From: Nitrososphaerota archaeon | Lineage (GTDB): Archaea > Thermoproteota > Nitrososphaeria > Nitrososphaerales > Nitrosopumilaceae | Assembly: GCA_021325595.1 (NCBI GenBank) | Contig: JAJPGX010000001.1 | Location: 123,601 to 155,600, forward strand | Direction of reading: 5' to 3' | Length of the DNA stretch: 32,000 bases | Shown here: positions 8,652-17,472 of the stretch, in pieces | Layout: each line of letters opens with the position of its first letter | How positions within the stretch are numbered: the stretch's first letter is position 1 | Translations under genes and position numbers: made by a program | The notes under the pieces: model-generated | What the model saw: the letters and a program-made list of their open reading frames with translations, nothing else | Told to the model about the DNA's origin: nothing | The model's database searches: none

Positions 8652-10844
8652 ATGAAGTACAAGGCAACCGAGCAGATTCTAAAAATTATCGGTGACAAGA
8701 AACACATCCGAAACTTCGGAGTAATTGCTCATGTAGATCATGGGAAAACCACCATGAGTGATAGCTTGCTTGCATCAAGTGGAATCATCAGTCCATCTGT
8801 GGCAGGTCAGGCATTGGCATTGGACTCTATGAAACTTGAACAAGACAGACAGATGACAATTGTTCAAGCAAATGTTACCTTGCTTTATGAAAAAGACAAC
8901 GAAGAATATGTCATTAACATGATTGATACTCCGGGCCACATTGACTTTACAGGACGTGTAACACGTAGCTTAAGAGCGATCGATGGTGCAGTAGTGGTAT
9001 CTGACTCTGTAGAAGGAATCATGACACAGACTGAGACTGTGACTAGACAAGCACTAGAAGAAAGAGTAAGGCCTGTCTTGTATATTAACAAGATTGACCG
9101 TCTCATAAAAGAGCTAAGACTTACTCCTGAAAAGATGCAAGAATGGCTACTTGAGATTGTTAACAATTTTAATAGATTGATTGAGATTTATGCCGAACCT
9201 GAATACAAGGAAAAATGGAAGGTAAGCATCCAGGACGCAAGTGTCTCATTTGGTTCTGCAAAGGACAGATGGGGATTCAACTCCGATGTGATGAAAAAGA
9301 AAGGAATTTCATTTAAAGACATTTTTGCAGCATACAGCGAAGGCGGCGATGTAAAGAAACTAGCCGAGACAGCACCACTATATGATGCAGTCTTGGGAAT
9401 GGTAGTCAAACATCATCCATCCCCTGATGTTGCACAAAAATATAGAATTCCAAAAATCTGGAAAGGAGATTTGGAATCTGACATTGGAAAGGCATTGCTA
9501 AACTGTGATGACAACGGTCCAGCAGTAATGATGATAGTTAACATGACAGTTGATCCTGCGGCAGGACCTGTGGCAATTGGAAGATTATTTTCTGGCAGAC
9601 TAAAAGATGGTGACAGGATACATCTGATTGATACAAAACGTGAAGGAAGAATTCAATCTGTAAACTTTTTCATGGGAAACCAAAGAGAGATGGTAGGAGA
9701 GCTAGCAGCTGGAAACATTCCAGCACTTTTGGGACTGGAACATGCAAGAGCAGGTCAGACGCTATCTACCGTTCCAGGAATTCCAACCTTTGAAGGAATT
9801 CAATATGTATCAGAACCTGTTGTACAGATTGCAGTAGAACCAAAACATCCAAAAGACTTGCCAAGACTAGTTGAAGCATTAAACCGTATCACAATTGAAG
9901 ACCCTAACCTTGTAGTAAAGATAAACGAGGAGACAGGTGAGACCGTGATTGCAGGAATGGGTGTACTGCACCTTGAAATTGCAACTGCACTAATTGCTGA
10001 TGCCAAGGTAGATATCGTAACATCGCAGCCATTGATCAACTATAGGGAGACAATTCGAGGTACTGCAGGACCTATCATGTCAAAATCACCTAACAGACAC
10101 AACAAGATCTTCATGAAAGTAGAACCACTAGATGAGAAGGTAGCTGAAATGATAAGAAATGGAACATTAAACGAGTACAAGGACAAAAAGGAAGTCCAAA
10201 AGATTCTAAAAGAAGCCGGATGGGATGGCGATGACGCCAAGCGTGTAATGAGATTTGACCCTAGAGGAAACGTTATGGTAGATGGCACAAAAGGTGTTCA
10301 GTTCATCCAGGAGTCTACTGATTCTATTTTATCCGGATTTGAGGAAGCTATGAGGGAAGGCCCTCTTGCAAGAGAACAGGTAAGAGGCTGCAAGTTTACA
10401 TTTACGCACTTTGTACCACACGAGGACCCAGCACACAGGGGCCTGTCACAACTGGGACCTGCATCAAGAAGGGCATGCACTGGAGTAATGCTTTTGGCAC
10501 AGCCAGTGTTGCTTGAACCGACACTTGGAATCGAAGTTCGTATTCCTCAAGAATTGATTGGAAATGTTGCAGGTGTAATATCAGGAAAAAGGGGCAAGGT
10601 GCTCAACATGGAACAAAAAGGTGTGATAAATATTATAACAGGTGAGATTCCCGCATCGGAAACATTTGATTTATCCGAGGTAATGCGTGGACAAACAGCA
10701 GGAAAAGCCATGTGGAACACTCACTTCAAGGCATGGACTCCAATTCCAAACTCGATTTTGCCAACAGTAATTGCTGATATCAGAAAGAGAAAGGGACTGA
10801 GCCCAGAACCACCGGGACCAGACGAGTATATCGACAAAGAGTAA
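8652..10844 (+). CDS. fusA: Archaeal translation elongation factor 2 (aEF-2)
   Basis: 730 aa. G1 is AHVDHGKTT, G3 is DTPGH and G4 is NKID. The diphthamide-loop histidine is retained in HEDPAHRG. Full length with no insertion. Confidence 0.97.
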   Translation: MKYKATEQILKIIGDKKHIRNFGVIAHVDHGKTTMSDSLLASSGIISPSVAGQALALDSMKLEQDRQMTIVQANVTLLYEKDNEEYVINMIDTPGHIDFTGRVTRSLRAIDGAVVVSDSVEGIMTQTETVTRQALEERVRPVLYINKIDRLIKELRLTPEKMQEWLLEIVNNFNRLIEIYAEPEYKEKWKVSIQDASVSFGSAKDRWGFNSDVMKKKGISFKDIFAAYSEGGDVKKLAETAPLYDAVLGMVVKHHPSPDVAQKYRIPKIWKGDLESDIGKALLNCDDNGPAVMMIVNMTVDPAAGPVAIGRLFSGRLKDGDRIHLIDTKREGRIQSVNFFMGNQREMVGELAAGNIPALLGLEHARAGQTLSTVPGIPTFEGIQYVSEPVVQIAVEPKHPKDLPRLVEALNRITIEDPNLVVKINEETGETVIAGMGVLHLEIATALIADAKVDIVTSQPLINYRETIRGTAGPIMSKSPNRHNKIFMKVEPLDEKVAEMIRNGTLNEYKDKKEVQKILKEAGWDGDDAKRVMRFDPRGNVMVDGTKGVQFIQESTDSILSGFEEAMREGPLAREQVRGCKFTFTHFVPHEDPAHRGLSQLGPASRRACTGVMLLAQPVLLEPTLGIEVRIPQELIGNVAGVISGKRGKVLNMEQKGVINIITGEIPASETFDLSEVMRGQTAGKAMWNTHFKAWTPIPNSILPTVIADIRKRKGLSPEPPGPDEYIDKE

Positions 10845-10925
10845 AAATAGAATCCCCCCAGTTTACTCGTAAAAATCTGCTAGTCCTCATAAAACTTTAG
10901 AATGATGGATATGCGTATCAATTGA

Positions 10926-11477
10926 CTAGGGGCTTACATTGCCTATCTCAATTTCACATTTTGCAAAATCTCCAGAATAGATTGCTGTTGCATCAAAGAT
11001 CTTTGTTTGATACGGGCCAATATTGTCAATCATATCATTTCCAGTTGCTACAACATTGCCATTGCTATCTATAATCCCTAATTGAAGATAGACAAAATCA
11101 TAAGATACTGCACCATTTGTGAATTTTCCAGTATAATGGATAATTGTTGGAGATACTTCATCACGTTTACATACAGTGCCACTGAAACTAGGTTTGTCAT
11201 TTTGTTGACTGGGACTAGATTGCTGTACTGTATTTGCATCGTGATTATTTGTGGAGAGTGTACTTGATTGAGAAACAACAAGTATCTTGTTATCTATCAT
11301 CCATTGAATTGCCTTTATGAATTCGTCATCACTTACCTGTCCTTGTCCCCACCAGAGAGCAGTTTTTTTCAGCCAAGTAGGAATTGATGTTGTCTGGGCA
11401 TATGCATTAAATGATATGCCGATTGTAATTCCCACTGTCAGTGATGCAATTATGATTAGTATGAGTAGAGTTTTCAT
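10926..11477 (-). CDS. Secreted hypothetical protein with a WW...GQ(V/I)SDDEF motif module
   Basis: Signal peptide MKTLLILIIIASLTVGITIGISFNAYAQ, then IPTWLKKTALWWGQGQVSDDEFIKAIQWMIDNKIL. I recall this motif recurring in thaumarchaeal secreted proteins. The C-terminal part is a beta-rich domain with two Cys. Confidence 0.6.
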   Translation of the reverse strand: MKTLLILIIIASLTVGITIGISFNAYAQTTSIPTWLKKTALWWGQGQVSDDEFIKAIQWMIDNKILVVSQSSTLSTNNHDANTVQQSSPSQQNDKPSFSGTVCKRDEVSPTIIHYTGKFTNGAVSYDFVYLQLGIIDSNGNVVATGNDMIDNIGPYQTKIFDATAIYSGDFAKCEIEIGNVSP

Positions 11478-12002
11478 CTATAATCTTGCTAATAATTCTG
11501 ATTTTTTAGTTTGAAATTCGATATCTGTAAGAATTCCATCATCTTTTAGTTTTGCAAGTTCTTTGATTTTATCTATAATTTCTTGTTGTACAACATTGGG
11601 GGTCTTGACCACATTATCTTGTGGCTGTGCAAGGGATAATCTTCCTGCAACACCATCTTGAACTAGTCTGAAGATCTTTGCTCCAACTTCTTTTGGAAAA
11701 TTATCTACTTCCACATTATCTGACAAAAATCTCATTTTTAGTATAATTCCAGATCTGATTATTCCCTTCTTTAGATGGACATTTGCGATGTCAGTGTATC
11801 TATAATCTTCAATGTTTTTTCTCAAACCTAATGTAGTTGGTCTTTTTACTATGACTCTCTGCGAGGTAACAAAGATAGTCTCTGGATTTATGAGTGCGGC
11901 AGATCTTGCAGTTTCCGCAGAAAGTAGGATCTTTTCATTGAACTGTAACAGTTGCTTTACATCTTCAGGAGCAGCTATTTCTTTACCTGTAAAGAAATCC
12001 AT
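11478..12002 (-). CDS. Bacterial-type PH (bPH_2/DUF304-like) domain protein with C-terminal SHOCT domain
   Basis: FVTSQRVIVKRPTTLGLRKNIEDYRYTDIANVHLKKGIIRSGIILKM fits the YdbS/T-type PH pattern. The C-terminal KLKDDGILTDIEFQTKKSELLARL is a SHOCT-like motif. The stop abuts the next ATG with no spacer (11478/11477). Confidence 0.65.
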   Translation of the reverse strand: MDFFTGKEIAAPEDVKQLLQFNEKILLSAETARSAALINPETIFVTSQRVIVKRPTTLGLRKNIEDYRYTDIANVHLKKGIIRSGIILKMRFLSDNVEVDNFPKEVGAKIFRLVQDGVAGRLSLAQPQDNVVKTPNVVQQEIIDKIKELAKLKDDGILTDIEFQTKKSELLARL

Positions 12003-12122
12003 GTGATTTAATCGAAATAGGTATGATATACTATTAGAAAAGGATGATCTTGTTCCTGATATTTGATATAAAATTAACTACATCTTGTAAAACTTTAGAA
12101 CAATAGAAAATCAAGAAGAGTA

Positions 12123-13046
12123 TTGAATTTTGAAGAAGAATTACTGAATAGATTCCATGTTTTTTTCAATAATGTAGATCTTTCAAGTACCTACAAACCA
12201 GTTTTTCTCAAATCAATAATGGACTTGTCAGACTTTGGAAAACCAGGAGTTGTAGGGTCTCAATGGGTCGAAAAAGTTGGAAATCAACTAAAAGTTGATC
12301 TTAATTTTGTGGTAATCAGATATGCCAAATATTATTGGGACATGTATTACAAGTTCAATCTTAGACAGTCGCATACTCCTCAAGATGTTAATATCCACAA
12401 GTTCTTCGGAGACAAACAAGACCCACATAAACCTCCTACTTTGACAGACCTTGCAGAAGAAAAGTATGAAACACTACGAAAGGAAATGATATCTAAGAGC
12501 ATCAAGCCTCAAGTTCTAAAGCGTCTTAACAATGATTTGTGTCTATATCAAATAATTAATGGAAAAAATTACATTTTGTTTGATCATAACATAATAGAAT
12601 TTTTAAAAAAATACAAGGGGATTTTGATTCCTGCAATTAATTTTATTACTACGCGATATCTTGAAAAGATAAACTCATCTCCAAGAATTGCAGAAAAGGT
12701 ATTAGGAAAGATTCCTCGTTCTTTTTTAAAACCTGATGAGAAGAAGATAATCATGAAGTACCATGATTCTTGTTTTTACTGTGGGAAAATTGAACAGGAC
12801 TATGCGTTTGATCACGTCATACCTTTTGATTATATCTATCAAACTGATCTCTTCAACATGGTTCCTGCTTGTACTAGTTGTAATGGTAGCAAATCTAATC
12901 GTCTTTCAACTCGTGAATTTTTTAATAAAGTTCTTGAGCGAAACAAGAAAATCAAGGAGCTTAAAGACTATTCAGCTAGTTGGTATGAAAACCTCTATGA
13001 TAAATGCAAATTAGAATATCATAAGGGTTCATTCTTTTCTGTTTGA
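12123..13046 (+). CDS. HNH (His-Me finger) endonuclease with ~215-aa uncharacterised N-terminal domain
   Basis: The C-terminal core (aa 217-259, nt 12771-12899) is CFYCG-x9-DHVIPF-x13-N-x4-CTSCNGSKSN, i.e. Cx2C...DH...N...Cx2C...N. The first start candidate after the upstream stop is TTG 12123, and the next ATG is at 12216. The N-terminal region contains STYKPVFLKSIMDL. Confidence 0.75.
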   Translation: MNFEEELLNRFHVFFNNVDLSSTYKPVFLKSIMDLSDFGKPGVVGSQWVEKVGNQLKVDLNFVVIRYAKYYWDMYYKFNLRQSHTPQDVNIHKFFGDKQDPHKPPTLTDLAEEKYETLRKEMISKSIKPQVLKRLNNDLCLYQIINGKNYILFDHNIIEFLKKYKGILIPAINFITTRYLEKINSSPRIAEKVLGKIPRSFLKPDEKKIIMKYHDSCFYCGKIEQDYAFDHVIPFDYIYQTDLFNMVPACTSCNGSKSNRLSTREFFNKVLERNKKIKELKDYSASWYENLYDKCKLEYHKGSFFSV

Positions 13047-13123
13047 TATTTTACTGGTGAACGAACTGTTGAATTTGAAATAATGTTAGGAATAAAAAAA
13101 TCGATAATATATTTAATGAAAAA

Positions 13124-13322
13124 TTAACTAGTATAAGTTAGGTTCACATTAGTTGTAACTTCTTTACCTGATACTACCGAAAATGTATTGTCATAAACCA
13201 GATACAATGTTTGTCCTGCCGGTACATCGATATTGATATTGCCCACCATCTCTTGTCTTTACTTCATCGCCTTCCCAGAAGCATATTGGAACACCCATGA
13301 TTGATGGAAAATACTGTCTCAT
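13124..13322 (-). pseudogene. Candidate decayed or frameshifted small ORF inside the long intergenic gap
   Basis: There are two overlapping out-of-frame minus ORFs. 13191..13322 gives MRQYFPSIMGVPICFWEGDEVKTRDGGQYQY... and 13124..13249 gives MVGNINIDVPAGQTLYLVYDNTFSVVSGKEVTTNVNLTYTS. A 1-nt shift near 13240 would join them into one ~66-aa beta-rich reading. Confidence 0.2.
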
Positions 13323-13601
13323 GATATTAGTTAATTTTATTGTAACTTAAAATATGCTGTGATATAGTTTAGTATTACTTAATATGAATGAGGCGAATTT
13401 TTAATTTGAATGCACATTTTATGACCATCTCGCAAGGAACAAAATGACTTGAGACAGTTTTAGCAAAACTCAAAATCTCATCTAGCATCTCTATTAGATT
13501 CTGGACATCCTCTCATGACGTAAAAACAATGAGACAATTACTATCTGTTATTTGCTGTAAAATACTAATCTTTAAACAACACATCTCGGTACTTTTGTAC
13601 C

Positions 13602-13901
13602 ATGTCAGAATATTTCGATGAAGAAGGCCTCCTCAAAGTAATTAAAATTTTCGAGTTATCTGAGGAAATTACAAAACTTAACTGGGGCTGGTACACAAAG
13701 CCAGACCCCATTAAAACAGCACATGAGCTTATGGACAAGGGTCAAAAACTCTTTCTCGAAGTTTCAGAATATGAACAACGAGTTGGCTCTAAACTTAGTG
13801 CCCAACAAAGAAAGAACATCGAAGACGCAATCGAAGATTTGGGAAAACTAATTCCATACATGAAAAGCAAAATCAAACCTTACGAAATAACAACCCATTA
13901 A
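13602..13901 (+). CDS. Hypothetical protein (99 aa, predicted helical)
   Basis: ATG ORF with no competing frame and no motif recognised. Confidence 0.45.
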   Translation: MSEYFDEEGLLKVIKIFELSEEITKLNWGWYTKPDPIKTAHELMDKGQKLFLEVSEYEQRVGSKLSAQQRKNIEDAIEDLGKLIPYMKSKIKPYEITTH

Positions 13902-13957
13902 ACATAAAGTCTGAAATTACAAGCAAGCCTTATCTAATTTTGATACCATAATCATAC

Positions 13958-14278
13958 ATGCAATATCTAATAGAAGCAGAAAACATAGATGGCCTGATTC
14001 CAATGAAAGATGTGCCAGATTACATCAACCACATTGTGATTCCAAGCTATGAACATCTAATAAAACTAGAATCAGAAAACAAGATCAAAGGTGGACTCTT
14101 GGCAGGACAGCGAGCTGGTGCATTTGTAATGGAAGCACCATCTCCTGAAGATCTAGGAAAAATGCTAAAATCAATTCCCTTTTGGGGAATGGTAAAATGG
14201 AAAGTTACTCCACTACAATCATTTAAGTCTGCATTGGAACAAGATGGGCATATTGCAAAATTGCTTTCAGGACAATAA
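13958..14278 (+). CDS. Muconolactone-isomerase-like / dimeric alpha+beta-barrel family protein
   Basis: GGLLAGQRAGAFVMEAPSPEDLGKMLKSIPFWGMVKWKVTPLQSF parallels the MIase pattern (R-x-AG...F-D-V-x-S-x-E-x-L...LPLFPYM...V-x-P-L). The similarity was judged by eye only. Confidence 0.45.
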   Translation: MQYLIEAENIDGLIPMKDVPDYINHIVIPSYEHLIKLESENKIKGGLLAGQRAGAFVMEAPSPEDLGKMLKSIPFWGMVKWKVTPLQSFKSALEQDGHIAKLLSGQ

Positions 14279-14329
14279 ACTTGAGAGCTATTCTCCTTTA
14301 ATTTTCAAACAACTCTTATCTTGATACTT

Positions 14330-15814
14330 TCAATCTACAATAACACGTACAAATATGGTTCTAGTTACTTGATCGTTTCCAATGTTGATGCCAATTGTAT
14401 AGTTGCCTTTTTGCACTGATTTCTCCTTTAATGCAAGTTTTATGGCCAGAGGTTCTGTCATGTTATCAAGATTTACCATGTCCTTAGAAAATGAGGCAGT
14501 CATGTTTACAAGTTCGGCGCTAGAGTCAAGCGTGCTTGACGCATTAAGGTATACAGTATCATTTTGGGAAATTCCATTGCTTTTTGTTATTTCAAGAGGA
14601 ATAATATTCTGGGTTTTGTCCTTTGTGAATTTGATTAGGCTATCTTTAGGGTGTATCTCAAACGGAACTAGAACAGACTTGTCAACAACTCCTATCTCAT
14701 CAAGTGACCATAAAGAAAACCACAGCTTGTTTGGATTGTTTGGGTCTTGGGACAAGTTGAGCATCAATGATGTTTCATCTTGAGAAACAACTGGAACGCG
14801 GTACTCTGTCAACGTCATATTGTTTGTGAGAAACGCAACACTGCCACCCTCGTGCTCATTGAACCAAATTCCCGTATTATCTAAACTAGATCTTAACCAA
14901 AACGGAAGTGTAGCAACATGATAGTAGCTTTTTGCAGTAGGGAATCTAACTGACTTTTGTGCATGTAAATCGAATTTAGTCAAAGTGCTTGGACCGTGTT
15001 CTGTTATCCATAAAGTATCATTTTTTGCAAACAATATATCCGTAGGAAGTGAAAAGGATGATTTGTCTTCAGATGGAATCTCAAGCGTTTTCACAATACT
15101 AGTTATTGTTCCATTGCTTGCACGTACCGGGCTAAACTTGACTACTTTTCCTTCAAGTTCTGTCACCCAAATGGAATCATCATTTACACTCAGTCCCGTA
15201 GTCTGAGTATTGTTGCCTAGAGGAAATTCAGTTATTTTGTATGAATCTATATCAGAATTTGTATTAATTTTTTGAACCAGCCCCAATGTTCCAGACAAAG
15301 TTGTGAACCAAATGTCGTCTGTTCTGGTATCATATTTCATCTGGAACGGACTGTCTTTAGGATGAAAAGCAAGAAAGTATCCATTGCTTGGATCAAAACG
15401 TACAAGTGAATCAGGACCAAATTGTGAGAACCAAATAAATCCGCTGTTATCTTGTATCATGGCCCATGACATGTATCCCAAGTCTACTTGAGTGCTTTGA
15501 TATTTTTTTATCGTGTTGTTTTCTGGGTCTAGGCGATACAATGTCTTGAATTTAGAGGAGGTCACCCATACCATGCCGTCCTTGTCTACTAGTATACTAT
15601 TTGGTGCAGAACCAGTTGGGAGAGAATAAAGTGTAAGGTATGGGGTTTTTCTTGGCGTTAGTGTATGCTGATCCTCTGCTGTATCTTTTTGCTCCTCGCT
15701 ATTCTGGTTTGTTTTTTTGTTAGAGTCTATCTGGTAAATTTGAATGTCAATTATGATGACAAAAATGGATATGGCAAGTGCAGCCAAAACTGCATACGTT
15801 ATTTTTTTATTCAA
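14330..15814 (-). CDS. Membrane-anchored extracellular beta-propeller protein, Vgb (streptogramin lyase)/NHL-like repeats
   Basis: TTG start, since there is no in-frame ATG before the TM anchor, then the N-terminal TM ITYAVLAALAISIFVIIIDI. About seven repeats of the type (I/L/V)W(F/V/I)T..........(L/V).(R/K)(F/L)D(P): MVWVTSS...LYRLDP, FIWFSQF...LVRFDP, DIWFTT, SIWVTEL...VVKFSP, TLWITEH...LTKFD, GIWFNEH, KLWFSLW. Many N-x-S/T sequons. Confidence 0.75.
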   Translation of the reverse strand: MNKKITYAVLAALAISIFVIIIDIQIYQIDSNKKTNQNSEEQKDTAEDQHTLTPRKTPYLTLYSLPTGSAPNSILVDKDGMVWVTSSKFKTLYRLDPENNTIKKYQSTQVDLGYMSWAMIQDNSGFIWFSQFGPDSLVRFDPSNGYFLAFHPKDSPFQMKYDTRTDDIWFTTLSGTLGLVQKINTNSDIDSYKITEFPLGNNTQTTGLSVNDDSIWVTELEGKVVKFSPVRASNGTITSIVKTLEIPSEDKSSFSLPTDILFAKNDTLWITEHGPSTLTKFDLHAQKSVRFPTAKSYYHVATLPFWLRSSLDNTGIWFNEHEGGSVAFLTNNMTLTEYRVPVVSQDETSLMLNLSQDPNNPNKLWFSLWSLDEIGVVDKSVLVPFEIHPKDSLIKFTKDKTQNIIPLEITKSNGISQNDTVYLNASSTLDSSAELVNMTASFSKDMVNLDNMTEPLAIKLALKEKSVQKGNYTIGINIGNDQVTRTIFVRVIVD

Positions 15815-16000
15815 AGTATGTTTTGCATTGTCTTGGATTGTATGAGTACCTTTCGCCTAAAGGTTGAGAGATTCTTCTGGTATGATTTGATGTTACTAAT
15901 TTTGAAACCAAACGATTTTTTCAAAACCATTTTAATCTAATTCTCAAATTGCGATAATCAAGGCTGCATTTTTAAGTAAAATCGAACATTATTACATTAT

Positions 16001-16255
16001 ATGGTCTCAAGAATGATCATAATAATATTTGCAGGCTGTTTTGGCGGGTTGTTTGCTATATCCGCTGCAATGATGGCAGGACAAACATGGGAAAAACCTG
16101 GAACATATTCTGGAATAAGTGATGCATCCCATCCACCAACGAGCACAACTGATTGTTACTCATTTCAAACAGGGTGCAAGAATACCAATAGCGGACCAAC
16201 TCAGGCTGAATTGGATAGCGGCTCGTATCTGAGTGGAGACTTTAAGGGGAAATAA
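16001..16255 (+). CDS. Hypothetical small membrane-anchored protein (84 aa)
   Basis: ATG start, N-terminal TM MIIIIFAGCFGGLFAISAAMMAG and an extracytoplasmic tail with the Cys pair TDCYSFQTGC. Confidence 0.45.
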   Translation: MVSRMIIIIFAGCFGGLFAISAAMMAGQTWEKPGTYSGISDASHPPTSTTDCYSFQTGCKNTNSGPTQAELDSGSYLSGDFKGK

Positions 16256-16339
16256 ACTAATTTTTCATCAGTAAAATTTTATATTTTAAATTGAAATCGA
16301 ACATGAAAAAAGAGAATAGACCTTTACAGGTCACAGTTT

Positions 16340-16393
16340 TTATTTCTTAGACTTTTTTGCTTTTGTTTTTGTCTTTGATTTTGCTTTTGCCAT
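16340..16393 (-). CDS. Candidate 17-aa lysine-rich micro-ORF
   Basis: Own translation: MAKAKSKTKTKAKKSKK. A TATA-like ttaata (plus-strand 16416-16421) is centred ~25 nt upstream. It could simply reflect A-rich DNA. Confidence 0.12.
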   Translation of the reverse strand: MAKAKSKTKTKAKKSKK

Positions 16394-16493
16394 CGCTTAT
16401 GGCACGTTGTACTGGTATTAAGCATATTGAATTTCACATTTTCAATGAGATTTACTTGAGTTTTGGAAAATCTTTAAGGTTGATACAAAAATA

Positions 16494-16620
16494 ATGATTA
16501 TGAAAATCAAGAGTAAGAAAATTGTTTTATGGGATATTGTTTGGCGTTGCAATAGTTATTGGATTTGTAATAGTGATCTTATCCAAAGGAAGCTTCATTG
16601 CATACATACCTCATAAATGA
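16494..16620 (+). pseudogene. Candidate small single-pass membrane protein split by a +1 frame change (or a 32-aa TTG-started ORF)
   Basis: Frame 1 from ATG 16494 reads MIMKIKSKKIVLW..., then becomes Cys/Trp-rich nonsense and stops at 16616. The +1 frame from TTG 16522 reads (M)FYGILFGVAIVIGFVIVILSKGSFIAYIPHK and stops at 16620. A basic N-terminus plus a TM helix would be one coherent protein if 1 nt differed near 16518-16530. Confidence 0.2.
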
Positions 16621-16729
16621 CTCTGAAATCACTAAAATGGCCTATGATTTATGATTTATTTCTGAGTATGGTATATTTAGTAATAACTATCTAAAAGTTG
16701 ACTCAGTTTTTTTTATAAATATTCAAGGA

Positions 16730-16969
16730 ATGGTTCACTGTATGGATGTTACCAACCCAAAAGTGGCTTTCTTGAAGGTTCTTGACAATTCCATATACAA
16801 TAGATTAGACAGTATTGCCGAGAAAAAAGGAATTGATACTAACGAATTGATTGCTCATTTTGAAAAAAATGGTACTGATATGAGCAAAAACAAACCACAA
16901 GAAATGTATCCAGCCTATCGCAAAATTCAACCTCCGAGAAGAATTACGCTATTTGCATCAACTTCCTAA
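16730..16969 (+). CDS. Hypothetical protein with possible ribbon-helix-helix (CopG-like) N-terminal region
   Basis: KVAFLKVLDNSIYNRLDSIAEKKGIDTNELIAHF resembles the RHH layout of a beta-strand, helix and G-x-(S/T)-x-x-E-L-I helix. Weak; the alternative start is ATG 16742. Confidence 0.4.
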   Translation: MVHCMDVTNPKVAFLKVLDNSIYNRLDSIAEKKGIDTNELIAHFEKNGTDMSKNKPQEMYPAYRKIQPPRRITLFASTS

Positions 16970-17062
16970 TCCGCCAAAGGCTTGCTACCACGTACAAACT
17001 AGAATCAGTCTCTGACTAGTTTCTTGGTAAAGGTTTAAGATCAGTACCAAAGTTATGATTGC

Positions 17063-17257
17063 ATGCAACGCGGCTTTATGCTGATGATAATTGGAATTGC
17101 CATCCAGGTAGTAAACTGGGTACTGAGCTCATCCCAAACGGTCAAAGGCTTTGGAGGATATCTTACAATTATTGGTTGGGTGATCTTCTTTGCCGGTCTT
17201 GGAATTAGACAATTAGACAAAAAAAAGCTGCAATCAAACCAAGCTAAAAAGAAATAG
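17063..17257 (+). CDS. Hypothetical two-TM mini-protein (64 aa) with lysine-rich tail
   Basis: TM segments FMLMIIGIAIQVVNWVL and YLTIIGWVIFFAGLGI, C-terminus KKKLQSNQAKKK. Confidence 0.45.
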   Translation: MQRGFMLMIIGIAIQVVNWVLSSSQTVKGFGGYLTIIGWVIFFAGLGIRQLDKKKLQSNQAKKK

Positions 17258-17472
17258 GGATCTGCTGTTCAACCACTTGGATTTTAAAAAGTTGGTTTAT
17301 CCAGTTGATGTGAAAACAAGCGGCTCAATTCAATTTTTTATATGGCGGTACTATGTAATTTCTAAAAATTTATACAGAATTACCAATTTCACATAAATAT
17401 CATAAAAAATTGCGAACTTGATATAATATGTTTATATCACGAACTCATATGCATGTTTTCTAGGAGTGGTGT

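Noticed and set aside
8885-10480. Five minus-strand ORFs (60-93 aa) inside the EF-2 gene. Similar antisense or alternate-frame ORFs occur inside other long genes, e.g. 1460-1747, 3080-3319, 7223-7459, 14403-15206, 20392-21447, 24777-25283, 25811-26143, 27145-27987, 29778-30020 and 30781-31827.
   Set aside because: They lie entirely within confidently identified genes, have Ser/Cys/Phe-rich low-complexity compositions typical of shadow frames, and carry no motifs.
8652-10844. I checked EF-2 for an intein, a frameshift or loss of the diphthamide histidine.
   Set aside because: The length (730 aa) is normal, the G-motifs are contiguous and the HRG histidine is present (HEDPAHRG). Nothing is unusual.
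10890-12100. 13-nt direct repeat taaaactttagaa at 10890-10902 and 12088-12100, bracketing the two-gene unit 10926-12002. I considered it as possible att sites or a target-site duplication.
   Set aside because: In ~32 kb of AT-rich DNA, many 13-mers are expected to recur by chance. There is no integrase or transposase, and the flanks do not extend the match.
17419-17439. 7-bp inverted repeat tgatata-atatgtt-tatatca flanked by cgaact direct repeats, upstream of the MEDS gene. I considered it as a possible operator.
   Set aside because: It consists almost entirely of A/T in a TATA-box-like context, so it is indistinguishable from a chance palindrome or the promoter itself.
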